Below are positions 1 to 8,429 of a DNA stretch of 64,000 bases, one piece after another; the first letter of the stretch is position 1; the number at the start of each line of letters is the position of its first letter. Origin of the DNA: Candidatus Levyibacteriota bacterium. Its GTDB lineage: Bacteria; Patescibacteriota; Microgenomatia; Levybacterales; UBA12049. A program made the translations under genes and the position numbers. Under the pieces are notes generated by a model, which was not told the DNA's origin, searched no databases, and worked only from the letters and a program-made list of their open reading frames with translations. The stretch spans positions 405,171 to 469,170 of the forward strand of contig OY970292.1 of assembly GCA_963716145.1 (NCBI GenBank), in the 5' to 3' direction.

Positions 1-1083
1 AGAGTAATAGTTATAATGTCCCCCACTTTTTTCTTGGCAATTATTGTTGAAAGGGATGTTTTCTCATCAATTTTATTTCCGTCTAATTTCATAATAATAT
101 CTCCCTGCTTTATTCCTGCTTTATCAGCGCTTGATCCATCAATTACCTGCTGAACATATGCTCCTTCGGGCAAATCATTTAGAATTGCAAGGTCTTTTGA
201 AATTAATTTATACGCAATCCCCAGGTATGGTCTCTCGAATTTTCCTGTCTGATTAAAATTGCTTAAAGAATCTTTTAAGGCATTTATCGGTATAGCAAAT
301 CCAATATTCTGGCCTGAGGACGAAACTGCTGTATTTACTCCAATCACTTGGCCTGAGGAGTTAAGTAACGGTCCACCGCTATTTCCAGGATTAATTGCAG
401 CATCCGTCTGAATAACATTATCAAGTCTTTCAGCTGATCCTTCGAACGGACTTCCAGCTGTAATTCCCCGCCCAAGCCCTGAAACAACTCCTGTTGTTAC
501 AGTATTTCTAAATTCCCCCAGCGCGGTTCCAATTGCAATTACATATTGTCCAACCTGCAAGTTTGATGAGTCACCCAAAGCAATAGGTTCCAGTTTGTCA
601 CCCGAATTTTGCGAGGGCTCAACTTTCAAAAGCGCGACATCATTGAGCGGATCACGGTAAATTTTCTGAACCGTATATTTCTTATCTTTACTTGTAATTA
701 CCTGATATTTGCCTGCTGTATCCGCGACCACATGCTTATTAGTTAAGATCAAACCGTCTTTGTCTATAACAAAACCTGATCCAATACTTTGAGGCTCAGC
801 GGGATTAGGCTGCTGTTCTTGAGGAAGGGGAATTCCAAATATGGAGAACGGTCCAAAATTAAAACCTGAATTTGAACCTGTCTCTTGGGTAAGTTCCTCG
901 GCAATTGTAACAACTGAGAGTCCTGCTTTTTTGACAATATCTATAGTTATTGATTCCTCAGTTACAATTTTTACTTTTTCAGGTGTATTAGGAGGATTTT
1001 TTAAGCCTTGATATTTCTTGGAGTAATTATTCAAACCAAGAAGTGCCACTAGAATGATTATTAATACAAATAACTTTTTCATG
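1..1083 (-). CDS. htrA: HtrA/DegP-family trypsin-like serine protease with C-terminal PDZ domain. Partial: the C-terminus lies beyond the window start.
   Basis: The reverse strand translates from the ATG at 1083 (MKKLFVLIIILVALLG...). It shows the trypsin fold motifs GDSGGPL-like (GNSGGPLLNSSGQVIGVNTA) and TNKHVV, plus a PDZ-like tail. This ORF is absent from the ORF track because it is truncated. Confidence 0.8.
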
Positions 1084-1131
1084 AGTTATCTAAAATTTAC
1101 TTCAAGTGTATGAGAAAAAGTTGAAAGTATT

Positions 1132-2409
1132 CTAATTATCCAATACCTCAATTGCTTTTTCAAGTTGTGCGTCATGCGTCGGATTTTTTTCATCAATTTT
1201 TACCTCAACATCCGGCTTTAACCCTTCTCCGTTTTTTCCGTTCCCGACCCAGGTCCCATTTGGAGTCAGCCATTTTGCTATTGTGACATGAAGTCCTGCT
1301 CCGCCTCCCAAATCCTCTGCTTCCTGAATAATACCTTTACCAAATGACGACTCACCTACCAACGTAGCACGTTTGTGATCTCGCAGTCCTCCCGCGACAA
1401 TTTCTGAAGCTGATGCTGATCCCTTGTTGATAAGAACAACAACAGGCACATCATACAATAATCCTTTACCCGATACGGGAAATCCGGTTCTGTCACCGTT
1501 TTTGTCTTCCTGCATTACAGCGTTGCCGTCTTTTACAAATTCTGAAATAATATATACCGCGTCGTTCAAATAGCCACCCGGATTATTGCGAAGGTCAAAC
1601 ACAACCCCCTTTATATCTTTTTCTGTTTTCAGTCTCAAAGCCGCGTCACTTGATAGTTTCTGCCATTCCTCATGGGTTGTGTCTCCAAATTGAGAAAGCC
1701 TGATATAAATAATCTTGTCATTTGCTATTTTTGATGCAGTTGGTGACTTATTAACAGACTCAATGTCCTTTGCTTGCTTTGTATAACTTGTAAGACTTTT
1801 TACCGAAATAGTATCGCGGGTTATATTCACATCAACAGGCGGCTCTCCTTGCTTGCGAATGATAGCAAGTTTTACATTTGTTCCTTTGGGACCACGAATC
1901 TTTTCTACCGCCTGACTCAGGGTTCACCCGAAAGTCACTTGATCATTAACTTTCACAATCGTATCTCCAGCCTTAATTCCTGCTTTTTGTGCCGGCGAAC
2001 CATCAATTGGTGCAACTACAATTATCTGCTTCGATTTTAGTCCGAGCTCTGCCCCTATTCCCTCAAACTTACCGGCTAGTCCGTTTTTAAAATCATCATT
2101 CAGTTTTGGAGGTAGATAAACAGTGTATGGATCGTCAAGACTATCAACCATTCCGGATATAGCACCATTAAGAATTACCTTAGGATCGATTGCTTTTTTG
2201 TTGTAATAATTTTCCTCAAGCTTTGAAAGAACTGTCCAGAAAAGAGTAAAATCCATATGGGTAACAGATGGAGGCGGCTCTTTGCTCGAAACCTCAATAT
2301 GGGGTTTATAATTATGCAGATCAATATTTATTTTTGTCACGCCGATGACATAACCGATAAGGCCTGCGATAATAACTGCCAATATAATTCGTAATCTGGA
2401 TGGGTTCAT
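1132..2409 (-). CDS. ctpA: Carboxy-terminal processing (S41, tail-specific) peptidase with PDZ domain, interrupted by a single in-frame TGA at 1924-1926.
   Basis: Track ORFs 1132..1830 and 1924..2469 are in the same frame. The sequence GDTIVKVNDQVTFG-TGA-TLSQAVEKIRGPKGTNVKLAI is colinear with S41 peptidases. The start is chosen at MNPSRLRI (2409), giving a 4-nt overlap with the upstream gene. Confidence 0.75.
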
Positions 2410-3164
2410 ATGTGTAAAAATATTATTGATTTTGATTGCGCGTCTAAAAACACTTTCTTGCCTGTCCACTCGGTCAATTTCACCATATCTTGCTCAATAA
2501 TTTCTATGATAGGTGTTTGAAAATTTTTTTCAATTATGTGAGCTATGTCTTGATCTTTTATTTCGGTCCCCACTATTCCAATAACCCCTATTCCGATTCC
2601 TTTTAATAACATTTCGCGGGTAAAACTGCCTCCGATCACAATCTTTCCAATCGTTCGGGCATCAAGGTGGTACGCATCATTTGCTTCAAGCCTGAACAAT
2701 TCCCCTTCGCCTTCCCCCCCTACTGACTTGTTACCAATTACAGTATTCTTATCAGTATTTATAACGATTTCATTATTATTACACAATATAGCTTTACCTT
2801 CAACGGGTGAAATTATGTTTTCTACCTCAGCTGAAGCACTTGAATCTGGCTTGATTACCAGGTTACCGGTATCGCGCTCGTAACGAAGAACTGTTCCCGA
2901 TACACGGCTTCTTAATATTATGCTTTTTGTCCCAAATAAATTTTTTTTCAGGGCTATTATATCCCCTTCAATTACTCTATCGCCAGGATTTTTTTTCAAA
3001 ACTTTTCCTATTGCCGAACGCGAAATAGATAGGGCTTGGGGAATATTTATAATCTCCTCTTCATTAATTTTTTTGACCGCGATAACTTGACCAACTGCGA
3101 CCTGGTCGCCCTCTTGAATACTTGGGATAAAACCATCTGGGAGTGAGATAGGCAGAGAAGTCAT
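2406..3164 (-). CDS. Hypothetical protein (252 aa) with a lipoyl/biotinyl-like barrel at the N-terminus and a Gly-rich C-terminal half.
   Basis: Long ORF. It is directly preceded by an R1-family leader element, as rpsR and ssb are. No family was recognised. Confidence 0.5.
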   Translation of the reverse strand: MTSLPISLPDGFIPSIQEGDQVAVGQVIAVKKINEEEIINIPQALSISRSAIGKVLKKNPGDRVIEGDIIALKKNLFGTKSIILRSRVSGTVLRYERDTGNLVIKPDSSASAEVENIISPVEGKAILCNNNEIVINTDKNTVIGNKSVGGEGEGELFRLEANDAYHLDARTIGKIVIGGSFTREMLLKGIGIGVIGIVGTEIKDQDIAHIIEKNFQTPIIEIIEQDMVKLTEWTGKKVFLDAQSKSIIFLHI

Positions 3165-3256
3165 GAAAATTTCAAATAAGTACCAATTTCAAATATCCAA
3201 TTTCCAAAACCTTAATTTAACATTTGAAATTTGATATTAGAAATTTGAAATTAAAC
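3165..3256 (-). repeat. R1-family AT-rich dyad-symmetric element, copy a. It is a 5' leader/promoter-type repeat.
   Basis: Near-identical to 3500-3591, 4171-4247 and 58881-58966. Shared core: AATTTCAAATAAATACCAATTTCAAATATCCAATTTCTAATC ... GTAATTTGATATTAGAAATTTGAAATT. It ends at the start codon of the downstream minus-strand gene. Confidence 0.8.
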
Positions 3257-3499
3257 CTATTTTCCTCCAACAAACGGCATTAATGCCAAATGCCTTGCAT
3301 GCTTAATTGAGCTCGTTAATCTTCTCTGGTGTTTGGCACAAATTCCGTTTCTTGACCTTGGCGTAAGCTTACCCTGACCACTTACAAATTTTTGCAGAAC
3401 CGCAACTTCAGAATACCATGGAGTTACATCTTCTTTACAGAAGTAACATGTTTTCGGAACTGTTATTTTTCTTTTTGGAAATTTTTTTCTTACTGCCAT
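3257..3499 (-). CDS. rpsR: 30S ribosomal protein S18.
   Basis: CYFCKE...RRLTSSIKHARHLALMPF matches the S18 signature. Confidence 0.9.
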   Translation of the reverse strand: MAVRKKFPKRKITVPKTCYFCKEDVTPWYSEVAVLQKFVSGQGKLTPRSRNGICAKHQRRLTSSIKHARHLALMPFVGGK

Positions 3500-3591
3500 A
3501 TTTTATTAATTTCAAATAAATACCAATTTCAAATATCCAATTTCTAATCATTTTTGTAATTTGATATTAGAAATTTGAAATTTGATATTCC
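3500..3591 (-). repeat. R1-family element, copy b (upstream of rpsR).
   Basis: Sequence identity with the other R1 copies. Inverted repeat AATTTCTAAT / ATTAGAAATT. Confidence 0.8.
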
Positions 3592-4164
3592 CTAAAAGGG
3601 AATGTCGTCCGGCATTACTTCATCATCTTGTCCTGAGCCTGTCGAAGGATCACTTTTTTTCTCTGCAACCGGCGCTTCTTCCTCCGCTTTGGCTTCTGTT
3701 TTTGTACTTTTCTTCACTGCTTTTACGCTCTTTTCCTCGGTTGTTTCGGATTCCTGAGTCTCTTCTGCCTCGCCCGTCGAAGCTTTGTTCGTTGGCTGAG
3801 GTTCATCATGTGCGCTTGTTGATCCGGCTTCCTTATTATCAAGCAAGATCATATCGTTTATAATTACTTCTGTTGTTGATTTTTGCGCTCCATCCTGGCC
3901 GGTCCATGATCGGGTACTAAGTCGTCCCTCAACATACACCTTGCGTCCCTTAACCAGAAACTGACTACAAAGCTCTCCAAGCTTATTCCAGGCTATAATT
4001 CTATGAAAATCAACTTCTTCTCTTTTCTCACCTGAGTCGGTTGTCCAGTTCCTGTTGGTTGCTATGCTGAAACTGCAAACTGCATTTCCGTTTGGTGTGT
4101 AACGCAGCTCCGGATTCCTGGTCAAATTTCCGATTAATTGTACTTTATTTAAACTTCTAGCCAT
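3592..4164 (-). CDS. ssb: Single-stranded DNA-binding protein.
   Basis: OB-fold N-terminus (VQLIGNLTRNPELRYTPNG) and the acidic tail ...DDEVMPDDIPF. The start is set at MARSLNKV. Confidence 0.9.
   Translation of the reverse strand: MARSLNKVQLIGNLTRNPELRYTPNGNAVCSFSIATNRNWTTDSGEKREEVDFHRIIAWNKLGELCSQFLVKGRKVYVEGRLSTRSWTGQDGAQKSTTEVIINDMILLDNKEAGSTSAHDEPQPTNKASTGEAEETQESETTEEKSVKAVKKSTKTEAKAEEEAPVAEKKSDPSTGSGQDDEVMPDDIPF
3632..3649. repeat. GC-motif copy CCTGAGCCTGTCGAAGGA inside the ssb C-terminal linker.
   Basis: It encodes PSTGSG. The upstream flank CATCTT is shared with the intergenic copy at 62937. Confidence 0.7.
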
Positions 4165-4170
4165 AGTTTC

Positions 4171-4247
4171 TAATTTCAAATAAATACCAATTTCAAATAT
4201 CCAATTTCTAATCGCATTTGTAATTTGATATTAGAAATTTGAAATTT
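4171..4247 (-). repeat. R1-family element, copy c (upstream of ssb).
   Basis: Sequence identity with the other R1 copies. Confidence 0.8.
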
Positions 4248-4271
4248 CTTTTACTTCGTACGAAGTAAAAG
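4248..4271. repeat. Perfect 24-bp palindrome CTTTTACTTCGTACGAAGTAAAAG spanning the rpsF stop codon.
   Basis: All 12 base pairs are self-complementary. It lies at the rpsF/ssb junction and may be an intercistronic hairpin or processing site. Confidence 0.6.
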
Positions 4272-4577
4272 GTGTCTTATTACATTATCCTGTCTTGTTA
4301 TTCTCTGCTCAAAGTCTTTCGGAATTCCGCCTTTTCCACTTCCGCCTGCTTCAGGATCTGATTCAATTCCCAACATATAATAATGTCCTGATTCTTCGTG
4401 TTGAATTGCGTAAGCTAGAGGTTTTTGTCCCCAATCATCTTCTTTGGTTATTTTAACACCCCCGCCTTGACTCGGCGAGGCAGGTTTCAGCCAGTCTTTA
4501 ATTGTTGTAAATAATTTCTTACGGTCTGCTTCTTTCAAGGATGGCCTCAAAACCAATACCAATTCGTAAAGTCTCAT
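4251..4577 (-). CDS. rpsF: 30S ribosomal protein S6.
   Basis: MRLYELVLVLRPSL... is S6-like, in the conserved rpsF-ssb-rpsR order. Confidence 0.85.
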   Translation of the reverse strand: MRLYELVLVLRPSLKEADRKKLFTTIKDWLKPASPSQGGGVKITKEDDWGQKPLAYAIQHEESGHYYMLGIESDPEAGGSGKGGIPKDFEQRITRQDNVIRHLLLRTK

Positions 4578-4585
4578 AAACGTAA

Positions 4586-5230
4586 TTGTACCACACTCAA
4601 AAGCCTCATCTCAAGGGGGAAAATTCTTACTTGACTTGCAAAATTTTTAAGTTCTATAATTCAACTGTGGCACCAACGGAGACAGAAAGAAGACCTTCAT
4701 CAGCTCACTCACCCGATAGAGTATCAAAAACTCATCGTTCGCGCTCACATACTAGAACAGTAACCTCTAGACTGAGAGAGAGTGTCAGAACTCTGACTGC
4801 TGCTTTTAAACCCAAATCAAAACCTGAAACGGTTTTCATTCCCCCACTTACACCACCGGAATCGCTTGAAGACAAACCTCCCGAGACTGCATTAGATTTT
4901 TTACCTAGCCTGCCTAGGCGAGGTCTCTTACGAGACTTCACTGGCCTTGGATTAACTAAGGCTGAAATTACAGAGGCGCTTGATCCTCTTCTCCCAAGTT
5001 TTCGGGCGGCCAATCCCAATGTTAGAGACAGTAATCTCACCCCCTGGGCCGCACTTGCCGAAAGAGAATTGAGAGCCGCCCACAGAAAAAAATATGGAAT
5101 AGGAATAGCTGATCATGCAGATGAATTAGGATTAGTTACTCCAGAATTAATAGCAAGTGCTGGTAGCAACCCTAAGGAGCCTGCGCATTCTAAAAGAACA
5201 CTTAGAAAAAAACCATCTTTATTGGCCTAG
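4586..5230 (+). CDS. Hypothetical protein. Its N-terminal half is Ser/Thr/Arg/Pro-rich low complexity. The local GC is higher than in flanking genes.
   Basis: A 214-codon open frame fills the whole gap between rpsF and ychF. Its composition is atypical for this genome, and the DNA is rich in short hairpins. I could not confirm that it is coding. Confidence 0.3.
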   Translation: MYHTQKPHLKGENSYLTCKIFKFYNSTVAPTETERRPSSAHSPDRVSKTHRSRSHTRTVTSRLRESVRTLTAAFKPKSKPETVFIPPLTPPESLEDKPPETALDFLPSLPRRGLLRDFTGLGLTKAEITEALDPLLPSFRAANPNVRDSNLTPWAALAERELRAAHRKKYGIGIADHADELGLVTPELIASAGSNPKEPAHSKRTLRKKPSLLA

Positions 5231-5250
5231 GGGTTATCTAAATAACCAAA

Positions 5251-6390
5251 TTAGCTTCCAATTTTGAATTCCACGACATCTCCATCTTTGACTATATATT
5301 CTTTTCCCTCAAGCCTTGCTTTTCCTTTTTCCCGAGCACCCTTCCACCCGCCTCGACTCGCCCCGGAGTCGGGCGAGGCGGGCCCATTATTCGCAACAAA
5401 GTCTTCAAAACCCACAACTTCTGCTTTTATGAATTTTTTTGTAAAGTCGGTGTGGATTTCCCCGGCTGCCTCCGGCGCGCTTGAACCATTTCTGATAGTC
5501 CATGCCCGCACTTCCTTCTCCCCTGCTGTGAGGAAGGAAATTAAGCCGAGAGTTTGATATGCTTTTTGTATTAATCTTTCTAATCCTGATTGGTCTAAAC
5601 CTAAATCTTTTAAATACTCCTTTTGCTCACCGCTTGATAACTCTGAAAGCTCTGACTCTATCTTGGCGCAAATAACTACCAACTTCTGACAACTAACTCC
5701 TAACGACTCACTAAACTTTTTTGTTACGTTTTCTATCTCAGACGGATTGTATTGATCTTCAGAAACATTGAGTACGACTATTTCAGGTTTAGCAGAAAGC
5801 AAAAAAAGCTCCCGGGACATTTCTCTCTCTTCATCGGTTAAAACAATATCCCTCGCTGGTGTTCCCTGCTCCAAACCAATCCTTAACTTTGCAAGCATTT
5901 CTTTTTTTAGAGGACTTTCTTGCTTCTTACTTCTTGATTCTTGATTCTGAACCGTTGCTAGGTCGGCCAAAATTAGCTCGGCATTAATCACTTCATAGTC
6001 AGATTTCGGATCAACTGCTCCTTCTTTGATGACATCAGCGTCTTCAAACGCGCGGACAACATGGGAAATTATTTTTGTTTCGCGGATGTGGGACAAGAAC
6101 TTGTTTCCAAGCCCTTCTCCCTCGCTCGCGCCTTTTACAAGGCCGGCAATGTCGTAAAACTCTACAGTCGCTGGTTTAATTGGCGGTAAACCAGACATTT
6201 TTTCCTCGTCCTTCGTAATTGCGGCGAGCGTAGCGAGCCGATTGTCAGGTACTGCTACAATCCCAACATTTGGCTCAATGGTCGCAAAAGGATAATTGGC
6301 AGCCAAAGCCTGCTGCTTCTTCAAAAGCGCATTAAACAACGTACTCTTGCCGACATTAGGGAGCCCTACTATACTGATGCTTAGGTTCAT
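5251..6390 (-). CDS. ychF: Ribosome-binding ATPase YchF (Obg-family GTPase with a TGS domain).
   Basis: G1 motif GLPNVGKSTLFNAL and a C-terminal TGS region ...LEGKEYIVKDGDVVEFK. It carries an in-frame 36-nt GC-rich palindromic insertion (PASPDSGASRGG). Confidence 0.9.
   Translation of the reverse strand: MNLSISIVGLPNVGKSTLFNALLKKQQALAANYPFATIEPNVGIVAVPDNRLATLAAITKDEEKMSGLPPIKPATVEFYDIAGLVKGASEGEGLGNKFLSHIRETKIISHVVRAFEDADVIKEGAVDPKSDYEVINAELILADLATVQNQESRSKKQESPLKKEMLAKLRIGLEQGTPARDIVLTDEEREMSRELFLLSAKPEIVVLNVSEDQYNPSEIENVTKKFSESLGVSCQKLVVICAKIESELSELSSGEQKEYLKDLGLDQSGLERLIQKAYQTLGLISFLTAGEKEVRAWTIRNGSSAPEAAGEIHTDFTKKFIKAEVVGFEDFVANNGPASPDSGASRGGWKGAREKGKARLEGKEYIVKDGDVVEFKIGS
5348..5383. 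repeat. 36-nt GC-rich imperfect palindrome inside the ychF coding sequence.
   Basis: CCCGCCTCGACTCGCCCCGGAGTCGGGCGAGGCGGG. It encodes about 12 extra residues relative to YchF homologs and keeps the frame. Confidence 0.7.
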
Positions 6391-6435
6391 AAAGAATATT
6401 TTAACACAAACTTCAGTCAAAACATGTACATAAAT

Positions 6436-7407
6436 TTATAAGACAGAAGTCCTCATATGGTGGGCAACGTATCTTTGAAATGGAAACCTGTGGTTATTAG
6501 TATGCATATCACCAGCTCTGTTAGTGCTGTTATTTTGAAACGCATAAGGTGTATGCCCGTCTCTTGTTTGCGGTTGCCGAGCTATAGAGGGAATCATGTA
6601 TGGTATACCTAACCTCTCCTGATGCCACTCTTGCATAACCCCTATGACTACAGATTTCATAAAATAAAGACCTGCTGCAAGATTTCCATCTTGCAAATTA
6701 TTTATTGTACTGTTGTAAGAACTATCAAAAACTCTACCCGCGTTTTCGCTCAATCCATGAATATCCATTTTATTATCAATCAATCTCTGAAGATCATGAC
6801 TATAACTGATATTATTTCCCACAGAAACAGAACGGTCTTTCAGCCCTGCTACCCGACTAGTTATTGTGCTTAAATAGTCATCTTTCAGACATCTTACTCC
6901 GCTTATATAAGCAGCATCACTTAATTGAATTAAGCTACCTCTCCCAACGTCATCAATACTGCCATTTGTGGCCAACTTTGTGAGCGTATTCATCATTTGC
7001 GCAGGCAAGAGCAATCTATGGAATCGGGTATCTTCCGGAGATCCACTCTCGGAGGCATTACCCGTATCTGGGTATGGTTGAAATACCCAGCGCCCATCTA
7101 GAAACCATTCATGAAGGGAATCACGTAATGAGCTAAGTAGGCCTCTATCTGACTTGGTTAATTCATCAGGATCAGCAATACTAATCTCACTAAAAGCTTT
7201 ATACAAATTTTTAATCGCAGGTACATCTACCCTATCTCTTTCACCTGACATGACCATAGCCATAGCAAGCCCTTCCCGTTGGCCAACAAGTCCTCTTGAC
7301 ACGCCAAGGTTATCTATATCTAAATCTTTTGGGGGCCAAGTCCATTGATAATTTCCCCACTCTAGGATGTCTGGAACCATTAATCTAGCCTCTATTTCTC
7401 CATACAT
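6436..7407 (-). CDS. Hypothetical protein (323 aa) of unknown function.
   Basis: Long ORF. Its amino-acid composition is Arg/Gly/Ser/Asp-rich and poor in Lys/Ile, unlike neighbouring genes. Confidence 0.5.
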   Translation of the reverse strand: MYGEIEARLMVPDILEWGNYQWTWPPKDLDIDNLGVSRGLVGQREGLAMAMVMSGERDRVDVPAIKNLYKAFSEISIADPDELTKSDRGLLSSLRDSLHEWFLDGRWVFQPYPDTGNASESGSPEDTRFHRLLLPAQMMNTLTKLATNGSIDDVGRGSLIQLSDAAYISGVRCLKDDYLSTITSRVAGLKDRSVSVGNNISYSHDLQRLIDNKMDIHGLSENAGRVFDSSYNSTINNLQDGNLAAGLYFMKSVVIGVMQEWHQERLGIPYMIPSIARQPQTRDGHTPYAFQNNSTNRAGDMHTNNHRFPFQRYVAHHMRTSVL

Positions 7408-7673
7408 AAAAGAATTATATCATAATATAGGTCTAAATACAATCTAATCTAGAATTAACACTTGTGTATTTTTACAGCAGGTCTTTAATTTTACGGTTTA
7501 GTCATTGGATTGAGTTGAGAATCAAGCGCGATCAGCTATTTCCGAAGAAGTTTCCATAACGTATCGTCTTTCTTTACATTTTCCATAAAAAATATATCAT
7601 GATGCTATTCAATATTTAGCAGCCAATAAATTCCTACATTCCAGAGTCTCTCCGAATCTGATAAAATGAGAGA

Positions 7674-8405
7674 ATGACAGCATTGATTGAAAAAAATAGT
7701 AAACATATACATATAGAGCCTCACATTTCCAATACCAGTTCCAAGCTGAATTGGCTGAGAGCATCTGTGCTGGGTGCAAATGACGGAATTGTTTCAATCG
7801 CAGGTCTGGTTGTAGGAGTCGCGGGTGCTACAAATTCATCACAAATTATTGTGACAGCAGGAATAGCAGGAATTATTGCAGGTGCAATTTCAATGGCAGC
7901 CGGTGAATATGTATCTGTCAGCAGTTCAAGAGATACGGAAAAAGCCCTGCTTGAAAAGGAGCGCTATGAATTGGAAAATAATCCGGACGAGGAATTGGAA
8001 GAATTAGCATGCATTTACGAACAAAAAGGATTATCAAAACAAACTGCTATAGCTGTCGCAAAAGAATTATCGGCAAAGGACGCGATAGCGGCGCATTTTG
8101 ATGCTGAGTTAAATATCGATCCAAATAATTTAACCAATCCCTGGCATGCGGCTTTTGCGTCAGCCGGATCATTTATCATAGGATCAACTATTCCTATGAC
8201 CGCCGTTCTTATTCTCCCTACTGCTGTCCGTATCCCCTTCACATTTGTATCTGTAATAGCTGCGCTGATAATTACAGGCACACTAAGCGCCAAAATAGGA
8301 GGCGCCAATGTTGGGCGTGCAATATTTAGGGTCGTTTCAGGCGGAGCGCTTGCAATGGCAATAACATATGGTGTGGGAAGACTTTTCCATGTTTCAGGAA
8401 TATAG
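7674..8405 (+). CDS. VIT1/CCC1-family (DUF125) membrane protein, a putative Fe/Mn transporter.
   Basis: LRASVLGANDGIVSIAGLVVGVAGA motif, a central coiled/acidic loop and C-terminal transmembrane helices. Confidence 0.75.
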   Translation: MTALIEKNSKHIHIEPHISNTSSKLNWLRASVLGANDGIVSIAGLVVGVAGATNSSQIIVTAGIAGIIAGAISMAAGEYVSVSSSRDTEKALLEKERYELENNPDEELEELACIYEQKGLSKQTAIAVAKELSAKDAIAAHFDAELNIDPNNLTNPWHAAFASAGSFIIGSTIPMTAVLILPTAVRIPFTFVSVIAALIITGTLSAKIGGANVGRAIFRVVSGGALAMAITYGVGRLFHVSGI

Positions 8406-8429
8406 GGCGACATTTTGCTGTTTTGAGAA

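Noticed and set aside
1924-1926. Genome-wide UGA recoding (Gly or Trp, as in some candidate phyla) as the explanation for the in-frame TGA in ctpA
   Set aside because: Many long ORFs (621, 733, 562, 550 aa and others) are intact under the standard code. The only in-frame TGA is repaired by two compensating homopolymer changes. There is no pattern of TGA at conserved Gly or Trp positions.
4586-5230. RNase P RNA, tmRNA or SRP RNA in the GC-elevated rpsF-ychF gap
   Set aside because: No P4 motifs (AGGAAAGUCCGGGCUC, ACAGAAYCCGGCUUA), no tmRNA tag and CCA end, and no SRP domain IV motif on either strand.
7408-7673. A metal (Mn) riboswitch upstream of the VIT-family transporter gene
   Set aside because: The region is AT-rich and lacks the conserved yybP-ykoY cores. 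There is no terminator or antiterminator arrangement.
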